Shown here: one piece after another, positions 49,665 through 60,212 of the stretch | Layout of the letters: each line of letters opens with the position of its first letter | Position numbering within the stretch: position 1 is the first letter of the stretch | Assembly (NCBI GenBank): GCA_963754925.1 | Contig: CAVWHX010000011.1 | Coordinates: 64,001 to 128,000 of the forward strand | From: an uncultured delta proteobacterium | Lineage (GTDB): Bacteria > Myxococcota > B64-G9 | DNA length: 64,000 bases | Reading direction: 5' to 3' | Notes under the pieces: model-generated | What the model was told of the DNA's origin: nothing | What the model saw: the letters and a program-made list of their open reading frames with translations, nothing else | Database searches by the model: none | Made by a program: the position numbers and the translations under genes

Positions 49665-51902
49665 TCACCCAAAACCCCATTGCCTTCTTAGCCACCACTC
49701 AGTCGCAAACAAAAGACACAAGCCGCACACTATCCACCAGTACGAAATCAATGGCCGAGTTGTGGCAGCGTCGACCCGGTACCGCTTATGATCATGGATC
49801 GTTATTTGGGAGAGCTGCCCCTGCTCCACGCTGCGTGCCACTCCATTGGTGGCTTGCGCGAGACGATTCAGCAACTCGGGACGGGGCGCTGGATGAGCAA
49901 GCTCTGTGCCGAGCGCGTCGACCACAAAGGCTTCCTCGATCTGGTTGGCTATCTGGGCGCCGTCATTCAATTCCAACCGAGCGGCAAAAACGCCCGGCCC
50001 GGGGGGCGTCCACTGCACTTCCGCCCGACCATGTTCGTCCAAGGTTACTTTCTGCCGCTCAACTATTTTATTTTGGTTTGCATCGAGGAACACCACATTG
50101 GCTTGGGGTACGAGCGCTGCGCCCTGAACCCTGACGGAGAGCTTTACCGGTTCACCCGGTTGATACCGCACGGCAGAGGCCTGTAGCAATAGCGGCTCCA
50201 GAGCCGGATCGCGGCTGAGCCAGCGCAGTAGGTTGTTCCAAAAACGGTGGTAGGGCCTGGGGCTGCCCCCCTGTCCAACATATCCCATTTTCCACAACCA
50301 ACTCGCATCGGTGAGCACGGCTGCGCTCCGCCCGCGCCCAACCTCTCGAAGCGCAACGATCGGCGCATTCTCAGTGCCGCTTCGCTCAAACGGATGTTGC
50401 AATAAGGCAATCGCCCCCGGAGCGAGTCCCTCAACGTGGTTATACGACGGCAGCGGCGGGAGATGATCCCAACTATCCGCTTCACCCAGATCCATAACCG
50501 GATGCAACAGCCCATGCGTCGTCGGCTTTGGCAGAAATTCCTGCACCCGGAGATCGTCGCCGGCATGAAGCCGCACCGGGAGCACATCCTCGATCGGTGA
50601 AGCCGCATAGCCTCCGGCGCCAAACGACAGATCGCCGCCAATCATCAAAAAGCCGCCGCCGCGCCGGACATACTCGGCTAGTTCACCCAAATAGTAACCT
50701 ACTTGGTACGGAGCATAGTTGAAGTTTTGAAAGATGACGACATCAAACGTGTCGAGCTCCGAGCTGAAAAGCTTTTCCACGGGAAAGGGTATGAGGCTCA
50801 GCTCATCTTGAGAAACATCGGTGGTATTCGAGAGCGTACGTAAGATAAAGAAACTAACCAAATCAACGTTTGGATTCCGTTTAAGCACTTCGCGAAAGAA
50901 GCGTTCGTCCCATGAAGGCCTGCCGACCACATGCAGGACCCGCAGCTTGTCTCGAATTACCCGGGCGACAAAGGATAAGACATTATTTTGAGTAATCTGT
51001 TCGCCCGGGATCACCGGTACCGTCACCCGGTAGGCAGCCTTGCCGACGCGATCGGGCACAAAACGTAACGTTGTTGTCGCAGCGCCCCCGGGGGGAACCG
51101 TGACGACTGCGCTTGCGAGGTTGCGACCGGCTCCTTCTAACACGACCGGGACCGAGAGTTCCGGAAGACCTATCGAACGTACCTCGACCTCTACCTCGAT
51201 GGCGTTGCGAATGAAGGCAAAATCGTCAATCCGGGCCCGCGTAATGGCCAAATCCTTGAAAACCCCGGTAGCGCCCACCGAAAAGGTATTTATCGGCGCG
51301 TGTAAAGCAGCCAGTGCGTCGGCGGCGGTCGGCGGCCATTGCTCCCCCAAAAAATGCTCGGTATCCGAGCCATCGCTTATCACTACCACACTGGCCAAAC
51401 CCGGCTGGTCGTTCGATTCCGATGCGCCGAGCTCCATGAACGCATTAAGCAGGTCGGTACGGGCACCGGTCGGCGTCTGACCAAGTTCATCTTGGCTTAC
51501 GGGCTTGAGGGTCTCGGCAAATCGGTAGAATTCTATTTGATATCGTTCCGCAAGTCGATCCAGCTCGACACGCTGATTCGATAAAAAGCGCTGTACTTGG
51601 CCAATGCGACTATCGTCTAAGCCGGGTAGCGTCATGCTTGCCGAGGCATCCACCAACAGAGCCACACGGTCTTGGATTGGCATCAATTTACGGTCCTGTA
51701 ACGCCGGTCCCAGACACAGAAAAAAGAAAAACGCGAGGGCCAACCCGCGCAGTAAAAGCAAAACAAACCGTCGGTACGATGAGGTGGTTCCTCGAAGTCC
51801 CCGTAGGCCTAGGTACCACGCCACTCCCACGACGGCGATAGCTCCGCACAGCGGCCAAAGCCCCCGATTGGTCAGCACCAGGATCGTGTCTTGGGCGGTC
51901 AC
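49665..51902 (-). CDS. VWA plus GATase-like domain membrane protein
   Basis: DASASM, SDG, GGGFLMIGG, GRGRS, FWNNLLRWL, EWWLRR. Confidence 0.88.
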   Translation of the reverse strand: MTAQDTILVLTNRGLWPLCGAIAVVGVAWYLGLRGLRGTTSSYRRFVLLLLRGLALAFFFFLCLGPALQDRKLMPIQDRVALLVDASASMTLPGLDDSRIGQVQRFLSNQRVELDRLAERYQIEFYRFAETLKPVSQDELGQTPTGARTDLLNAFMELGASESNDQPGLASVVVISDGSDTEHFLGEQWPPTAADALAALHAPINTFSVGATGVFKDLAITRARIDDFAFIRNAIEVEVEVRSIGLPELSVPVVLEGAGRNLASAVVTVPPGGAATTTLRFVPDRVGKAAYRVTVPVIPGEQITQNNVLSFVARVIRDKLRVLHVVGRPSWDERFFREVLKRNPNVDLVSFFILRTLSNTTDVSQDELSLIPFPVEKLFSSELDTFDVVIFQNFNYAPYQVGYYLGELAEYVRRGGGFLMIGGDLSFGAGGYAASPIEDVLPVRLHAGDDLRVQEFLPKPTTHGLLHPVMDLGEADSWDHLPPLPSYNHVEGLAPGAIALLQHPFERSGTENAPIVALREVGRGRSAAVLTDASWLWKMGYVGQGGSPRPYHRFWNNLLRWLSRDPALEPLLLQASAVRYQPGEPVKLSVRVQGAALVPQANVVFLDANQNKIVERQKVTLDEHGRAEVQWTPPGPGVFAARLELNDGAQIANQIEEAFVVDALGTELAHPAPRPELLNRLAQATNGVARSVEQGQLSQITIHDHKRYRVDAATTRPLISYWWIVCGLCLLFATEWWLRRQWGFG

Positions 51903-51904
51903 CG

Positions 51905-52651
51905 CTACAGTCTCCGGCGCTTAAGGATAAACGGCAGGTGAACGCGGTCGTTTTTGTAGTCCAAACACAGCGCATACATAACCACGTTGATGCCAAGTCA
52001 AAACGAAAGCTCGCGTTGGGGTTCACCCCCGGGCTCGCACAGAACCTCCCAATTACCAAACAAATCCCGGCTGGTGGCGCCTAACAGATCATTTCCGCTG
52101 TAGAGCACGACCAGCCGATCGTCAAGAGAAATACCCTCGTAACGCTTCTTGGCAAGCTTTCGGCCGGCGACCTGATCCAGTAAAAAAAAGGTTTTAAACA
52201 AGACATGCTCAAACGGTAGCGCCGTAAGCGGCCGATCAGGAAACATCTTCGTCAGCAGGTCGCGGATACTGAGGTCAAAGGGAGCGCCGGGTTGCGCCGC
52301 CGGATCATCAACAAAGAGGAAACCTCCCACCGTTAAAAAGTTCCGCAGCCGAGCGATGGCTGCGGCCGAGAGCGGTGCAATTGGTCCGGTGCACGACCAT
52401 AACAAAAACGGCGTCCGAAACATACTCGCAGCGGAGGGAGCAACCGCGACCGACTCGAGTTCAGCCTGGATGCTCGTTCGTTTCATCACCTCCCACAGAA
52501 GCTGGCGCAAACCATGCGCCCGGGGAAAAGCGTTATCCGCACACGGCAGGCGTCCTATCACCAACGTACCGCTGGGCGATACCCCTGCCCAAGCTGTTGC
52601 AACCACCAAAACCAGGGCAAGGAAAAAACCAAAAGCTTGTCGAGACATCAT
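51905..52651 (-). pseudogene. DUF4159 protein, frameshift ~52000
   Basis: LRNFLTVGGFLFVDD; tail LGINVVMYALCLDYKND in another frame. Confidence 0.8.
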
Positions 52652-52845
52652 CGTTAGTCCAGGTTTCACGCAAGGCTGCGGCCGTACTCCAAAATATTCA
52701 AAATCAGCAAACGGCTCCGCGCAGCGCATGCCGGTTTTGCTTCGTAATGGTATAGCATGTTATTTGAGAAAATCTACTCTTCGCTCAAGACGGGCAATTC
52801 TATTGCGGTCTCGTCGCAGGCGCTCTAAAAACCAGGCAGCGATTC

Positions 52846-53442
52846 TTAGCCTTTCTTAAACCAAGCGTCTTCTATGGGTGGACTGCCATGGGTTGCCGGG
52901 GGAGTTTGGAAAACAGTTCCGTTGTTCGTTGAATTTTTCCACTTCGAGACCGGCGAGTCCGACTCCAGAGACGCCGGAAGCGCTGCATCAAGCCGGGGAA
53001 TGGATATCGGTTGGCTTTTTGGTTGTATCAACGGGATCGGTTGTTCGTCATTATCGGGAATAATCGAATCGCTCGTCAGGTTCTCAAGCGGCTGGTCAAT
53101 CGCCGGGTCAGTTGCCGGTACCACTGCTGCATCAAGCTGCGGGTGCGACGCGAGGTACGCATGCGCAGCTTGGCGGAGCATTGCTCCAACGGTCATTCCC
53201 GCTTGCAGCGCTCCTTGCTCGATACGGTTAAAATCATCGGGAAGAAGTTTCACCCGAATTTCCTGCACCTCGGATATGGTCTTTTGCAGGTACTCGAGGG
53301 CGCTGCCTGCTGCGCCGATTCTATAATCCCCGGTTTCAATCATCCGGCGGATCCGGTCGACCAGCTCCAACTTGCCAATCCACTCTCCCTCGCATAAGAC
53401 TTTCTCTTGATCAATGTCCACTTCAAACGGAGCCATTTCCAC
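52846..53442 (-). CDS. Hypothetical protein with possible ribbon-helix-helix segment and disordered tail
   Basis: GGAGG SD + GTG; IRVKL..GMTVGAMLRQA. Confidence 0.7.
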   Translation of the reverse strand: MEMAPFEVDIDQEKVLCEGEWIGKLELVDRIRRMIETGDYRIGAAGSALEYLQKTISEVQEIRVKLLPDDFNRIEQGALQAGMTVGAMLRQAAHAYLASHPQLDAAVVPATDPAIDQPLENLTSDSIIPDNDEQPIPLIQPKSQPISIPRLDAALPASLESDSPVSKWKNSTNNGTVFQTPPATHGSPPIEDAWFKKG

Positions 53443-53483
53443 CTCCCGACCTTACAAAAAAATACCGCACGTTCCGCTTCTAC

Positions 53484-53828
53484 CTAATCACCTGGTTGAT
53501 CAAGCTGTTTTAGAAGCGCTGCGAGATCGTTCTGTTCTCTTTCTGAAAGGTTAATAAAACAAATCGCCAATCCCCGCGGCTCAGTATCTCTTATTCGCAC
53601 TACCACACCTTCTGTTCGAATTGGCCGCGACCCTTTAGCCGGATCCGTTATCTCCAATTTCAATTTAGTGCCGATGGGAAGGCGCCGCTGAGTCTGTAAT
53701 AACATACCGCCGAGGCTAAGGTTTTCGGTATTGGCCTGAAATTTAAAATTCGTATACTCAATCCGAACCAACACCGTTACATTAGATCGCGGGTGCTGCC
53801 GGCGTTCGTTTGGCCCAAAAACCATCAC
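53484..53828 (-). CDS. Stand-alone PilZ protein
   Basis: ERRQHPR, NLSLGG. Confidence 0.9.
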   Translation of the reverse strand: MMVFGPNERRQHPRSNVTVLVRIEYTNFKFQANTENLSLGGMLLQTQRRLPIGTKLKLEITDPAKGSRPIRTEGVVVRIRDTEPRGLAICFINLSEREQNDLAALLKQLDQPGD

Positions 53829-54180
53829 GTTCGGATAATACCATACAATAATTCAAAATTTCAAGTTCGGATCCCTGATCTTTAACCGGTGTATCCTACT
53901 TTTTTGCAACTCGTCTATAACCCCTTAAAAACCCATCGTTATTATATTGCAATTAGGTAATATATTTCCGTTGACATTAGAACACAGAGAGCTTTAATTA
54001 AGGATATACATTTGTGCACCGTGTCAGCTTTATTTTGAACATATTGTCATGATAATTAAAGAGGTAACTTGTTGATTATTATGCATATACCGAGAATTAT
54101 TACCATCATCAGAATATTCCCATTGATCTTAAGCTTGGGGGAATGCCACGTTCATTTTTTCCATAAGGAGGAGGTGTTTC

Positions 54181-55806
54181 ATGAGTAAAAACAAACTGTT
54201 GTTCCTTGGACTCATTGCGGTGATGCTAGCATCGTGTGGAGGTAGCGACGGAACATCTACATTAAATTCCGCGCTCAGCGTAACGTTAACTGAGATTCCG
54301 TACGCTGCGGGTTCGCACCACAATCCCTACGACGCGGTCCCGACGACGAACATCATCAATGGCCAGCTCGTGCCTCAGGCCCCGGTCATCGACCTCGGCG
54401 CCCTCGGTTACGTGGAGCGCGAGTTCCAGATGTCTGGCGGGGCGACAGTCTACAAGCAGAACGGAATGTGGGGCTCCAATGGGCGCTGGAGCGTGGCGGT
54501 GTCGAAGACCAACGTGCCGTACACCACCCGGCTGCTCGTCCGCTACCCGACCAACCCGGCCAAGTTCAACGGCACGGTGGTGGTCGACTGGTCGAACGTT
54601 ATCACCGGCGGCGACCAGGACCCGCTCTGGGCCAACATCTACGAGGAGGTCTTCCGCGACGGCTACGCCTACGCCTTGGTGACGGCGCAGGCGGCGGGCA
54701 TAAGCGAGATTAAGACCTGGGACCCGGTGCGCTATAGTCAACTTTCGATCAGCACGGACGGACAATCCTACGACATCTTCTCCCAGGCGGCCCAGGTGAT
54801 CCGGAACCAGAGCGCCACGCTGCTCGGCGGCTTAACGCCCCAGCGGCTCATCGGTACCGGAGACTCCCTGTCGGCGATTCGCTTGACCACCTACATAAAC
54901 GCCGTCCAGCCGGTCTCGAAGGCTTATGACGGCTTCTTCCTCGTCGGCCGGGCCGGCCCCTCGGCCCCCATCGGCGACGGCCTCATCTCCTTGAACCCGC
55001 TGCAGGTGAACATCCGGACCGACAACACGGCCAAGATGATCCAGCTCGAGGCTGAGGGGGATTTCGTCGACCTCGATGCCGCCCTCGCCCGCCAGGCGGA
55101 CAACAACTATCTGCGGACCTGGGAGCTGGCCGGCGCCGCCCACATCGACGACCACGAGGCCACCTACGAGATTGCGACCATCGCGCGCGACCAGCCCAAC
55201 ATTCCGGTTCCGAAGTGCGCCTTCGGCACGCCGATCACCGGCACCGGTACGGCTCTCGACGGCATCAACGCGGTCAACAACATGCCGCTCCACGCCGTGG
55301 AGAAGGCAGCCCTCAACTGGCTGCAGCGGTGGATGACCGACGGCGCGCAGCCGCCGCACTACCCGTACATCTCGACCACTAACTTCTTCAACCTGCTCTT
55401 CATCGTGCAGCGCGACCAGTACGGCAACGCGCTCGGCGGCATCCGTCTGCCCGACATCACGGTGCCGATCGAGTCCTACCAACCGGTCAATATCGACATC
55501 GCCGACCTGAGCTCGTACACCACCAACCCGCTGTCGCTCTTCACGATGCTCCAGAGCCTCATGACGCTGCTACAGACCAGCGGCATCAACAACACCACCG
55601 CGCGCTCGGAGGGGCTCTGCCTGCTCTCGGGCTTCTTCCTGGTGCTCCCGAGCTCGACCCTTCAGTCGCTCTACCCCACGGCACAGAGCTACGTGTCCAA
55701 GTACACCGCCGCGGCCGACGCAGCCGTGACGGCCGGCTACTTGCTGCCACCTGAACGGGACGTCCTGGTTTCTAATGCGACTCAGGTAGCGCAGACGCTT
55801 CCGTAG
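54181..55806 (+). CDS. Alpha/beta hydrolase-domain lipoprotein, paralog 1
   Basis: LASC lipobox, YTTRLLVRYP..FNGTVVV, GDSLSA, WELAGAAH, GNALGGIRLP. Confidence 0.88.
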   Translation: MSKNKLLFLGLIAVMLASCGGSDGTSTLNSALSVTLTEIPYAAGSHHNPYDAVPTTNIINGQLVPQAPVIDLGALGYVEREFQMSGGATVYKQNGMWGSNGRWSVAVSKTNVPYTTRLLVRYPTNPAKFNGTVVVDWSNVITGGDQDPLWANIYEEVFRDGYAYALVTAQAAGISEIKTWDPVRYSQLSISTDGQSYDIFSQAAQVIRNQSATLLGGLTPQRLIGTGDSLSAIRLTTYINAVQPVSKAYDGFFLVGRAGPSAPIGDGLISLNPLQVNIRTDNTAKMIQLEAEGDFVDLDAALARQADNNYLRTWELAGAAHIDDHEATYEIATIARDQPNIPVPKCAFGTPITGTGTALDGINAVNNMPLHAVEKAALNWLQRWMTDGAQPPHYPYISTTNFFNLLFIVQRDQYGNALGGIRLPDITVPIESYQPVNIDIADLSSYTTNPLSLFTMLQSLMTLLQTSGINNTTARSEGLCLLSGFFLVLPSSTLQSLYPTAQSYVSKYTAAADAAVTAGYLLPPERDVLVSNATQVAQTLP

Positions 55807-55809
55807 AGG

Positions 55810-56299
55810 GATCGCAGAAGCCACCAACGTCAACGCCCTCCTAATTCCTCAATGAGTACATTGACTAGCTCAAGCTACCGACGGTAGACCCCTGCAAGCA
55901 GTTAAAAATCTCTTACCAACCAACAGAATCGAACGGTCCGGTAATAGAGTAGACGCCATTCCAACTGGACATACAAGCATTTTATATATTATATTCAGTA
56001 TGTTAGATTGAATCTCAGTGTTATGGATTTCGCAATACCTCGCCACCCTAAGCTACCCATTAACTATTTAAAGTAAAATAAAACATTTTCGTTGACAATA
56101 GAATATTGAACAGATAGGTTCAAACTGAAAAATTTCGCAATCTGTTAGCTTAACATGCACCTAATGTAGCATTAAGAGCAAGAGTTAGCTGAGTAATTCT
56201 TATGCCTATGTTACAAATTAGAGCCATGTTACCCGCTTTTTCCTCTGTGTCCAAGCTCGGGGGGTCTTTTACTTTTTTTCATAAGCATGGAGGTGCTCT
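55810..56299 (+). repeat. ~490-bp intergenic/leader region duplicated at 58032-58513
   Basis: Collinear, highly similar sequence; a diverged homolog precedes paralog 1. Confidence 0.9.
56092..56120 (+). promoter_or_regulatory. Sigma70-type promoter (also 58305-58333; homolog at 53971)
   Basis: TTGACA-17-TAGGTT in copies 2 and 3; TTGACA retained in copy 1. Confidence 0.6.
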
Positions 56300-57925
56300 A
56301 TGAGAACGAAACGTTTGCTGTTCATTGGTGTTATTGCGCTCATGATCGCATCCTGTGGAAGTAGCGACGAAACAGGCACTTCGAACGACGCGCTCAGCGC
56401 AACGGTCACTGAGATTCCTCCCGGAAGCGGTCAGCACGGCCATCCCTACGACGCGGTCCCGACGACGAACATCATCAATGGCCAGCTCGTGCCCCAGGCT
56501 CCGGTCATCGACCTCGGCGCCCTCGGCTACGTGGAGCGCGAGTTCCTGATGTCTGGTGTGGCGACAGTCTACAGGCAGAACGGAATGTGGGGCTCCAATG
56601 GGCGCTGGAGCGTTGCGGTGTCGAAGACCAACGTGCCGTACACCACCCGGCTGCTCGTCCGCTACCCGACCAACCCGGCCAAGTTCAACGGCACGGTGGT
56701 GGTCGACTGGTCGAACGTTATCACCGGCGGCGACCAGGACCCGCTCTGGTCCAACATCTACGAGGAGGTCTTCCGCGGCGGCTACGCCTACGCCTTGGTG
56801 ACAGCGCAGGCGGCGGGCATAAGCGAGATTAAGACCTGGGACCCGGTGCGCTATAAGTCGCTCGGCACGAGCGGCGACGGACCGTCCTATGACATCTTCT
56901 CCCAGGCGGCCCAGGTGATCCGGGCCAATAACGCCACGCTGCTCGGCGGCCTAACGCCCCAGCGGTTCATCGGTACCGGAGACTCCCTATCGGCGATTCG
57001 CTTGACCACCTACATAAACGCCGTCCAGCCGGTCTCGAAGGCCTATGACGGCTTCTTCCTCGTCGGCCGGGCCGGCCCCTCGGCCCCCATCGGCGACGGC
57101 CTCATCTCCACAAACCCGCTGCAGGTGAACATCCGAACCGACAACACGGCCAAGATGATCCAGCTCAACGCCGAGGGGGATCTCGTCGACCTCTGGGCCG
57201 CCCTCGCCCGCCAGGCGGACAACAACAACCTGAGGACCTGGGAGCTGGCCGGCGCCGCCCACATCGATGAGCACGAGACCACCTACGAGCTGTCGACCAT
57301 CGCGCGCGACCAGCCCAACATTCCGGTTCCGAAGTGCGCCTTCGGCACGCCGATCACCGGCACCGGTACGGCTCTCGACGGCATCAACGCGGTCAACAAC
57401 ATGCCGCTCCACGCCGTGGAGAAGGCGGCCCTCAACTGGCTGCAGCGGTGGATGACCAACGGCGCGCAGCCGCCGCACTATCCGTACATCTCGACCATCA
57501 ACTTCTTCAACCTGCTCTTCATCGTGCAGCGCGACCAGTACGGCAACGCGCTCGGCGGCATCCGTCTGCCCGACATCACGGTGCCGATCGAGTCCTACTC
57601 GCCTGTCAACATCGACATCGCCGACGCGAGCTCGTACACCACCAATCCGCTGTCGCTCTTCGCGACGCTCCAGGGTATCTTCACGACCTTGCAGACCAGC
57701 GCCATCCCCAACACCACCTTGCGCTCGGAGGGGCTCTGCCTGCTCTCGGGTTTCTACCTGATGCTTCCGAGCTCGACCCTAAAATCGCTCTACCCCACGG
57801 CACAGAGCTACGTGTCCAAGTACACCGCCGCGGCCGACGCAGCCGTGACGGCCGGCTACGTGCTGCCACCTGAACGGGACGTCCTGGTTTCTAATGCGAC
57901 TCAGGTAGCGCAGACGCTTCCGTAG
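56300..57925 (+). CDS. Alpha/beta hydrolase-domain lipoprotein, paralog 2
   Basis: Body nearly identical to paralog 1; IASC lipobox. Confidence 0.88.
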   Translation: MRTKRLLFIGVIALMIASCGSSDETGTSNDALSATVTEIPPGSGQHGHPYDAVPTTNIINGQLVPQAPVIDLGALGYVEREFLMSGVATVYRQNGMWGSNGRWSVAVSKTNVPYTTRLLVRYPTNPAKFNGTVVVDWSNVITGGDQDPLWSNIYEEVFRGGYAYALVTAQAAGISEIKTWDPVRYKSLGTSGDGPSYDIFSQAAQVIRANNATLLGGLTPQRFIGTGDSLSAIRLTTYINAVQPVSKAYDGFFLVGRAGPSAPIGDGLISTNPLQVNIRTDNTAKMIQLNAEGDLVDLWAALARQADNNNLRTWELAGAAHIDEHETTYELSTIARDQPNIPVPKCAFGTPITGTGTALDGINAVNNMPLHAVEKAALNWLQRWMTNGAQPPHYPYISTINFFNLLFIVQRDQYGNALGGIRLPDITVPIESYSPVNIDIADASSYTTNPLSLFATLQGIFTTLQTSAIPNTTLRSEGLCLLSGFYLMLPSSTLKSLYPTAQSYVSKYTAAADAAVTAGYVLPPERDVLVSNATQVAQTLP

Positions 57926-57978
57926 GTCGTAGCGTCTCGTGCGGCTCCCCGGCCCGGCGCAATCCGCCCGCCAGTCGG

Positions 57979-58077
57979 GCCCAGAAGCTTCTCAATGCCG
58001 GCTTCTTGCTTCAGCAAGACTACAACGAGGCGATCGCAGAAGCCACCAACGTCCTCGCCCTCCTAACACCTCAATGA
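57979..58077 (+). pseudogene. 3' remnant of a further hydrolase paralog
   Basis: Translates AQKLLNAGFLLQQDYNEAIAEA, matching paralog 3 ADKLLAAGFLTQEDYNEAIAES. Confidence 0.85.
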
Positions 58078-58513
58078 GTACCTTGATTAGCTCAAGCCAC
58101 TAACAGCAGACCCCTGCAAGCAGCGAACATCTCTCATCAACCAACAGATAGCCGGTAAGTGAGCAAACGCCATTCCAACCGGACAAACAAGCATTGTATC
58201 TATTATATTCTTTGCTAGCTTGAATCGCAGTGTTATGGATTTCGCAATACCTCGCTGCCCTACGCCACCCTTTAACTATATTTAACCTAAACAAAACATT
58301 TTCATTGACAATAGAATATTGAACACATAGGTTCAAATTGAAAAATTTCGCAATCTGTTAGTTTAACATGCACCTAATGTAGCGTTCATAGCAAGAGTTA
58401 GCCGAATAATTCCTATGCCTATGTTACGAATTAGAGCCATGTTACCTACGTTATCCTCTGTGTCCAAGCTCGAGGGGGTCTTTTACTTTTTTTCATAAGC
58501 ATGGAGGTGCCTT

Positions 58514-60097
58514 ATGAGGACGAAACGACTGCTGTTCATTGGTGTTATTGCGCTAACGGCCGCATCATGTGGAGGTGACGATTCAACATCTGCTTTGAAC
58601 GCCGCGCTCAGCGTGTCGGTCAAGGAGAATCTGCCCGGCAGCGGCACGTACGGCCATCCGTACAGTGCGGTGCCGACCACGGTCATCTATTCAAACTCGC
58701 AGGGTTCATCCCCGGCGTACAATCTCACGGCTCTCGGCTACGTAGAACGGGAGTTCATTCTCTCGGGTACCGCCAATATCTATAACCAATCGGGAATATG
58801 GGGTATGGATGGCCGATGGAACGTTTCCGTCGCGCAGGCGAACGTGCCGTACACCACGCGCATCATCGTTCGTTATCCGACTAATCCAGCGAAGTTCAAC
58901 GGCACGGTCGTCTTCGAATGGATGAATGAGATAACGTATTCGGAGACTTCACCCGACTGGGCGGATGCCCATGACTTCTTCTTCCGGGAAGGCTACGCCT
59001 ATGTTGGCGTCACCGCCCAGAACCTCCTAGCGGGTCCGCCCTTCCTGAAGTGGTGGGATCCGCTGCGCTACGGCAGCCTCTCGATTAGTAACGACGGGCA
59101 ATCCTACGACATCTTCACGCAGGTAGCCCAAGTCGTTCAGGCCCAATCGGCGACTATTCTGGGTGGACTCACGCCGAAGAAGCTGCTCGCTTGCGGCGAC
59201 TCGGCCTCGGCCATCCGGCTGACCACCTACGTCAACGCGATCCATCCCCGTGCTAAAGTCTACAACGGCTTCTTGCTCCACGGTCGAGCCAGCACCGAGG
59301 CGCCAATCACCACCGGCATTATAAATATTTTCCCGATCACCCAGATTCGCACCGATAACACCACCCCGGTGATCCAATTCGAGGCTGAAGGGGATCTCTC
59401 CCAGCTCTTCTTCGCGTGGGGCAGGCAGCCAGACAACAACTACCTGCGCACCTGGGAGTTGGCGGGCGCGGCGCACATCGATCTCCACGAAGGCATCTAC
59501 GAAGTTACCGTAGCCTATCGGGACCTCAAGTGGGCGCCGCCGGTGTGCATATTTGGCGTGCCCTCGGATTTCGGCGGCGGACTGGCAAACAGCTTGCCCA
59601 ATTATCGGATCGAAGCCGCCGCCTGGGCGGCCCTCAACAAATGGGTTAACGGGGGCGGCCCTGCGCCGTCGGCGCCCCGGATTCAGACGGGGTTTTTTAA
59701 CATCATCTCGTACGACCAGTACGGCAACGCCAAGGGCGGGATCCGTTTACCCGAAATGGATGTGCCGATAAAGACCTACACCGCCTATAACACGACGAAC
59801 GTGAGCACCGTCACCAATATCAATACCAGTAGCCTTTTCAGCATGCTCCTGAGCATCACCAACCCCGTCTGGGTGCTTAATCCTACGACCATGGCTGTGC
59901 GTGCAGTAGGTATTTGCATATTGGAAGGCTTCGACACGCCGTTCAGCACCGCGACTCTGCAGAAATTGTATCCGACACCCGCTTCCTACCTGTCGAAATA
60001 CAAGGCAGCGGCCGATAAATTACTGGCTGCCGGCTTCTTGACCCAGGAAGACTACAACGAAGCAATCGCAGAGTCCCAGGCCAACGCTGTTCCTTGA
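58514..60097 (+). CDS. Alpha/beta hydrolase-domain lipoprotein, paralog 3 (diverged)
   Basis: AASC lipobox, GDSASA, WELAGAAH. Confidence 0.88.
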   Translation: MRTKRLLFIGVIALTAASCGGDDSTSALNAALSVSVKENLPGSGTYGHPYSAVPTTVIYSNSQGSSPAYNLTALGYVEREFILSGTANIYNQSGIWGMDGRWNVSVAQANVPYTTRIIVRYPTNPAKFNGTVVFEWMNEITYSETSPDWADAHDFFFREGYAYVGVTAQNLLAGPPFLKWWDPLRYGSLSISNDGQSYDIFTQVAQVVQAQSATILGGLTPKKLLACGDSASAIRLTTYVNAIHPRAKVYNGFLLHGRASTEAPITTGIINIFPITQIRTDNTTPVIQFEAEGDLSQLFFAWGRQPDNNYLRTWELAGAAHIDLHEGIYEVTVAYRDLKWAPPVCIFGVPSDFGGGLANSLPNYRIEAAAWAALNKWVNGGGPAPSAPRIQTGFFNIISYDQYGNAKGGIRLPEMDVPIKTYTAYNTTNVSTVTNINTSSLFSMLLSITNPVWVLNPTTMAVRAVGICILEGFDTPFSTATLQKLYPTPASYLSKYKAAADKLLAAGFLTQEDYNEAIAESQANAVP

Positions 60098-60212
60098 CGG
60101 ATCCCTCGCTCGATCACCGCTTTTCGGTGCATACCATTTGGGTTGACGAAATACGGCCCTATAAGAAAGCTACTGCCTATGGATAACGATCCGCACTAGT
60201 CGGGGTGGAATC

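Noticed and set aside
54181..57925. Diversity-generating retroelement template/variable repeat pair
   Set aside because: Differences are not adenine-specific, repeats are whole genes, and no reverse transcriptase is present.
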